DNA of 36,915 bases from a virus, in the IMG/VR virus record IMGVR_UViG_3300048575_000082, positions 1-36,915 of that record, one strand, 5' to 3'. A program made the position numbers and the translations under genes. The notes below the pieces were generated by a model. It worked only from the letters and a program-made list of their open reading frames with translations. It made no database searches and was not told the DNA's origin. Positions within the stretch are counted from its first letter, which is position 1. Each line of letters starts with the position of its first letter. This document shows, piece after piece, positions 33,439 through 36,915 of this stretch.

Positions 33439-36400
33439 CTAGATCCTTGCCCTGATGTTGAATGTCAATACCAGGTAGAGGAGCGGGAAGACCGGCTGAT
33501 AGAAGGCTTCGAACCGGAGGATCGTCGGGTCATCGGCATCAACCGCTGCGGCCACTCCCGTGAAGGCCGCGATGATTTCCGCCTGGATGAGGCTCTTGAA
33601 GAGCCCCGTCATCGTGACCTCAACCTCGTTCGTGCGCGAAGGCAAGAACTTGGTTCCGACGAAGGAGTCGAGGATCATGCGGCTTTGCTGCTGCACGTAG
33701 TCCGCGATCTGCGTCACGGTCGGGAGCCGCGTGAGGATCGACGCCATGTTGGTCGTCAAGCCTTGACGGATCCGGATGATCGGGTCGAGGTCCTCAAGGA
33801 GGGTGACGCCCGAGACCGCCGTCTGGCTGGCTTCAACCGCGTCGAGGATACGAGGGATCCGTGTGAAGCCCTGAATCCGGCGCCGCGTGTAGGGCGTCGC
33901 GACGTCAACCGCTGGGCTGACTGCTGCACCCGCGACCGCTGCCGCGAAGAAGGTGCCGTCGACCAAGGTTTCATAGCTCTCGCCCAGCTCGTTGGTCATG
34001 GTGATGACCGATGAATCCGGGTAGAGGGCGATGATGCGGTTCGAATTGAGCGACTTGGCAACCGTCTGGGCCGTGGTGGGGATCGTCCCGGAGGCGAACC
34101 CGATCATGCCCATACGCTCACTCTGGTTGCGCTCATTGCTCATGACTTCGCAATGCTGCGTCAGGTAGGCGTAGACCGCGCTGCTGGTTGCCAAAGGCAC
34201 CAGAATGTCGGGCTTCACGCCACCGGGTAGCGGAATCTCAAGCTCCTTGATTGCCGAGATGAAGCTCGAGTCACTGGCTTGGTTGGTGTTGATCACCTTG
34301 AGAACCTGCTTGATCCCAACCAGGACCGCGCCGTTCAAGATCGCAAGGTAGGCCGCCAGGGTGACCCGGTTCTCCGCCGAGATGCGCCCGAAGTTGGACT
34401 CAATGGTCTTGAAGGTCCGGAAGATGCGAGTCGTGAAGTCTTGCTTCATGTAGCGGTAGCTCAGGAAGTAGAAGTCACCGACCGCAGGCTCAACGCCCGA
34501 GGGGTTGAAGGTCTGGACCGTCGCGGTGTCGTTGACGCCAACGTTGACCGTGTTGGTCACGATCGTCTCGAGCCCAGGGAGGGCGTAGGTCGGTACAGCG
34601 GGGTTCACAACGAAGGTCGGGGAGACGTCCATCGTGAAGTAAACCGTTGGGCCGGATCCGTAAGACCCCGTGGTTGCCGGGAGGATCGTGAAGCGGAGGC
34701 CGGTGCGGGCGTCCGTGTAGGTCTGCCCCGGGACGCCGGTTCCTGCGGAACCAAGCGAGTTGTTCGAGGTGACCGTGTACATGTCGTAGGTGTTCTCGCC
34801 GACGTCGCCATCCGTTCCAGGGGTGATATTGAGGCCCGTGGTCCGGTTGAAGGCGGTTCCTGCGCTTGACGCGAAGGCGATGCTGGAGGCTGTCGCGCCG
34901 ACCGTGATGGATTCGATCGTGATGTAGGTCTGGCCTTCGATCGTATCCGCGTAGGCAATCGCACCCGTGAAGAATCCCGCCGTGCTGTTGAGCCGGTTGG
35001 CAATCTCATGGGCCGTGACGCGCGTCTGACCAGCATAGTCCCCTGCCGTGAAGCCGAGGATCTCGTTGGCGCTCGCGGTGAGGATGCTGATGGACGAGGT
35101 GTCCGTGTTGATCGGGCTGGTGAGGCGGATCTTGTCCAATGCCGAACCCGCGATGTTGGTCGAGGCAACACCCGTGAGGCCGGGGACCGCGTTGATCGCC
35201 GTCACAATCGCGCTTGCTGCGACCGCCGCGCCGCTTGGCAGCGTGACTTCGTAATCAACACCGTTGAGGCGGAACTTCACGGTGTCATTGAGACCCGCCG
35301 TGATGGCGAAGGGGCCTGCCAAGGTTCCGAGGTAGGTCGCGGGCTTGTTGATCGCGCCTGTGGTCCCGGAAGCCGTCTGGAAGGTCGAGAACCCGAGGGT
35401 TGCCTCGATCGTCCCTTGGCGAACAAGAACCGTAGAGGTGTGGTCAAAGCCATTGGGCAGCGCGCCGGGGGTCGAGTAGCTCTGAATGTAGAAGAGCACG
35501 TCGCCCGTCGAAGGGCCGATCTGCTTGAACCCTGCGAGGGTGTTCGGCGCCGTTCCAGAGAAGGCCGGGTCCGCGTCGATCGCGGCGTTGATGTCCGCTA
35601 CGATCTGGGTCGGCGTCCTGTAACCCGCCGTGAGCGCCACCGCAAGCTCGGTCCCGTCAATCGTGAGGTTGAGGGCGTTGCTGGGCGAAGCAGGGATCTC
35701 GATGGTTCCGGCATTGATGCCGGTTTGGATCGGGGTGACATGCGCGCCGACCAGGAAGCCCTTGGCTGCAAGAGCCAGGTTGGTCACTTGGTTAGCGCCA
35801 TTGACCACCGTCGTCCAGCTCGAGGAGGTCCCTGAGTAGAGCGAGTAGGGGGATGCTCCCTTGTTGGTGTAGGCCGCATTGCAAGCAGGGGCGGTTCCGA
35901 AGGTGACCGTGATCTGCTCCGATACGGGGGTACCACCGTGGTGGAAAGCGTCCGGGATCTGCTCAACACCGCGCGGCCATTGGACGGCTGCGGTGAGGCC
36001 GGACCCCTTGGTTCCGAAGCGAACCTGGTAGAGGTTCGTGGCGTAGGTCGAGCTGTAGACCTCGTACTGCCCCACACCGATCGGACCGGCGACCTTGTTC
36101 GTCAGAACGAAGGTGTCATCCGAGACGCGGTTGTACCAGAAGGTCGCGAATGCCTTGTAATCAGGCGGGACGGGGTTCTTGAGGACGATCTTGCTGGTCG
36201 AAGGATCAACCGCTGTGACCGTCACGCGCCCGCGCTGTAGTGCGTCGCGGAGGGTCCGGCCAACGTACACCTGAACCAGGTCGGGGCGCGCGGAGGCAAG
36301 CCCGTAGCGGCTGTTGGCGACGTCATTGTAGAGCGACGTGCCAAGCGGCGTGTCTCGACCGTTGCCCATGGTCGGGACTTCAGGGAGGTAGAACTCCGTT

Positions 36401-36915
36401 GAGGACACCGTTGCCGGAGTCATTGAGGTGTTCGTGACGCGCTCGCATTCCGCGAGGAAGAGCTTGTCGTCCACCAAGGTCGGAACGATTTGGGAGCTAT
36501 CGAAGGGCTCTGCGCCAGCGGTCCGGTTCGTCGAGGTGACTGTGAAGCTCGTTCCCCAATGGATGATCGAGGTATCCGTCGAGGGGTTCGAGATGACAAA
36601 GTCCTGGCTCTCGATGTAGTCATTGCGCTGCGGGCTGATGCCGCAGCGAATAACGCCCGTGACGAGCGTGTTGGGCAGGTAGTCAAAGGTGTCTTGCCAT
36701 GTATTCGCGTAGTAGCGGATCGTGACGGTGGACCCTGGGGCCGGAGGGGCCGGGAGGGTCACGATGCCGTTGCGTCCGTCGACCGCGCTTGCAACTACCT
36801 GGACACTGTTGACGAGCACAACGACCTTGGTGGGGTCTGTCGTGGTAACACCGCCACCGGTGCCGTCGACGATCGGGATGTTGTAGACGCGGAAGGCCAC
36901 GTTGCGTGCTGACTT
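33439..36915 (-). CDS. Giant contractile tail sheath protein (5' end outside the window; >1158 aa)
   Basis: C-terminal sheath domains: GVKPDILVPL...HCEVMS...ERMGMIG...LNSNRIIALYP...AAAVAG...PYTRRRIQGF...GVTLLE...IRIRQGLTT...FVGTK...FEAFYQPVFPLLYLVLTF; the frame is open to the window end, so the track's GTG at 36900 is not a supported start. Confidence 0.9.
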   Translation of the reverse strand, partial: KSARNVAFRVYNIPIVDGTGGGVTTTDPTKVVVLVNSVQVVASAVDGRNGIVTLPAPPAPGSTVTIRYYANTWQDTFDYLPNTLVTGVIRCGISPQRNDYIESQDFVISNPSTDTSIIHWGTSFTVTSTNRTAGAEPFDSSQIVPTLVDDKLFLAECERVTNTSMTPATVSSTEFYLPEVPTMGNGRDTPLGTSLYNDVANSRYGLASARPDLVQVYVGRTLRDALQRGRVTVTAVDPSTSKIVLKNPVPPDYKAFATFWYNRVSDDTFVLTNKVAGPIGVGQYEVYSSTYATNLYQVRFGTKGSGLTAAVQWPRGVEQIPDAFHHGGTPVSEQITVTFGTAPACNAAYTNKGASPYSLYSGTSSSWTTVVNGANQVTNLALAAKGFLVGAHVTPIQTGINAGTIEIPASPSNALNLTIDGTELAVALTAGYRTPTQIVADINAAIDADPAFSGTAPNTLAGFKQIGPSTGDVLFYIQSYSTPGALPNGFDHTSTVLVRQGTIEATLGFSTFQTASGTTGAINKPATYLGTLAGPFAITAGLNDTVKFRLNGVDYEVTLPSGAAVAASAIVTAINAVPGLTGVASTNIAGSALDKIRLTSPINTDTSSISILTASANEILGFTAGDYAGQTRVTAHEIANRLNSTAGFFTGAIAYADTIEGQTYITIESITVGATASSIAFASSAGTAFNRTTGLNITPGTDGDVGENTYDMYTVTSNNSLGSAGTGVPGQTYTDARTGLRFTILPATTGSYGSGPTVYFTMDVSPTFVVNPAVPTYALPGLETIVTNTVNVGVNDTATVQTFNPSGVEPAVGDFYFLSYRYMKQDFTTRIFRTFKTIESNFGRISAENRVTLAAYLAILNGAVLVGIKQVLKVINTNQASDSSFISAIKELEIPLPGGVKPDILVPLATSSAVYAYLTQHCEVMSNERNQSERMGMIGFASGTIPTTAQTVAKSLNSNRIIALYPDSSVITMTNELGESYETLVDGTFFAAAVAGAAVSPAVDVATPYTRRRIQGFTRIPRILDAVEASQTAVSGVTLLEDLDPIIRIRQGLTTNMASILTRLPTVTQIADYVQQQSRMILDSFVGTKFLPSRTNEVEVTMTGLFKSLIQAEIIAAFTGVAAAVDADDPTILRFEAFYQPVFPLLYLVLTFNIRARI

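Larger units (their letters stand above)
1..36915 (-). mobile_element. Contractile-tail/baseplate module of a large (jumbo-like) myophage or prophage, with an inserted non-structural block
   Basis: Co-oriented genes, many coupled by TGATG/TAATG overlaps, in the order sheath - tube - chaperones - tape measure - tube initiators - hub - spike; very large structural ORFs; homing-endonuclease-like gene and small phage-type ORFs; no host housekeeping genes. Confidence 0.9.

Noticed and set aside
822-36912. Many long plus-strand ORFs in the track (e.g. 822..2015, 17053..17967, 27965..28819, 29021..30136, 35008..35835)
   Set aside because: They are antisense shadows of GC-rich minus-strand genes, with no recognisable motifs or convincing start signals.
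1-36915. Stop-codon reassignment, as found in some large phages
   Set aside because: Genes tile densely under the standard code, and TAG, TGA and TAA all end genes at coupled junctions.
1-36915. CRISPR array, tRNA genes, diversity-generating retroelement, inteins or introns
   Set aside because: No spaced direct repeats, cloverleafs, reverse transcriptase, or intein/intron motifs seen by eye; intergenic gaps are at most about 150 nt. A computational scan would be needed to exclude them fully.
1-36915. Calling the locus a classical eCIS (Afp/PVC/MAC) or T6SS
   Set aside because: No AAA+ ATPase, toxin cargo or membrane complex genes are visible, and the endonuclease, small ORFs and full tape measure fit a phage better. 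A headless element cannot be excluded without the flanks.

Overview
A GC-rich (roughly 60-65% by eye), almost entirely minus-strand segment of a large myovirus/jumbo-phage-like genome, or a very large contractile injection system; no head genes are in the window, so the two cannot be separated. In the direction of transcription (right to left) it encodes a giant tail sheath (cut by the window edge), an 8.7-kb non-structural block, the tail tube, two paralogous tail-assembly chaperones, a tape measure, two tube-initiator-like paralogues (one fused to a GH73-like muramidase), a gp27-like hub, a gp5/VgrG-like spike with an unusually hydrophobic tip, an almost uncharged protein of three internal repeats (candidate non-PAAR spike cap), a 1976-aa beta-rich structural protein and further unknown virion-like proteins. 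The block between sheath and tube holds a free-standing Vsr/EDxHD-type homing-endonuclease-like gene with its own sigma70 promoter, several small genes sharing an upstream CGGTGTAG motif, an intact UvrD/PcrA-family helicase with a ~290-aa N-terminal extension, a degenerate DHH-like protein, and the only credible plus-strand gene. That gene encodes a 62-aa peptide ending in the bacterial SSB C-terminal tip (DFDDIPF) with no OB fold. All calls come from motif recognition and gene order by eye; no database searches were run. No tRNA, rRNA, CRISPR array, intein or recoded stop codon was seen.
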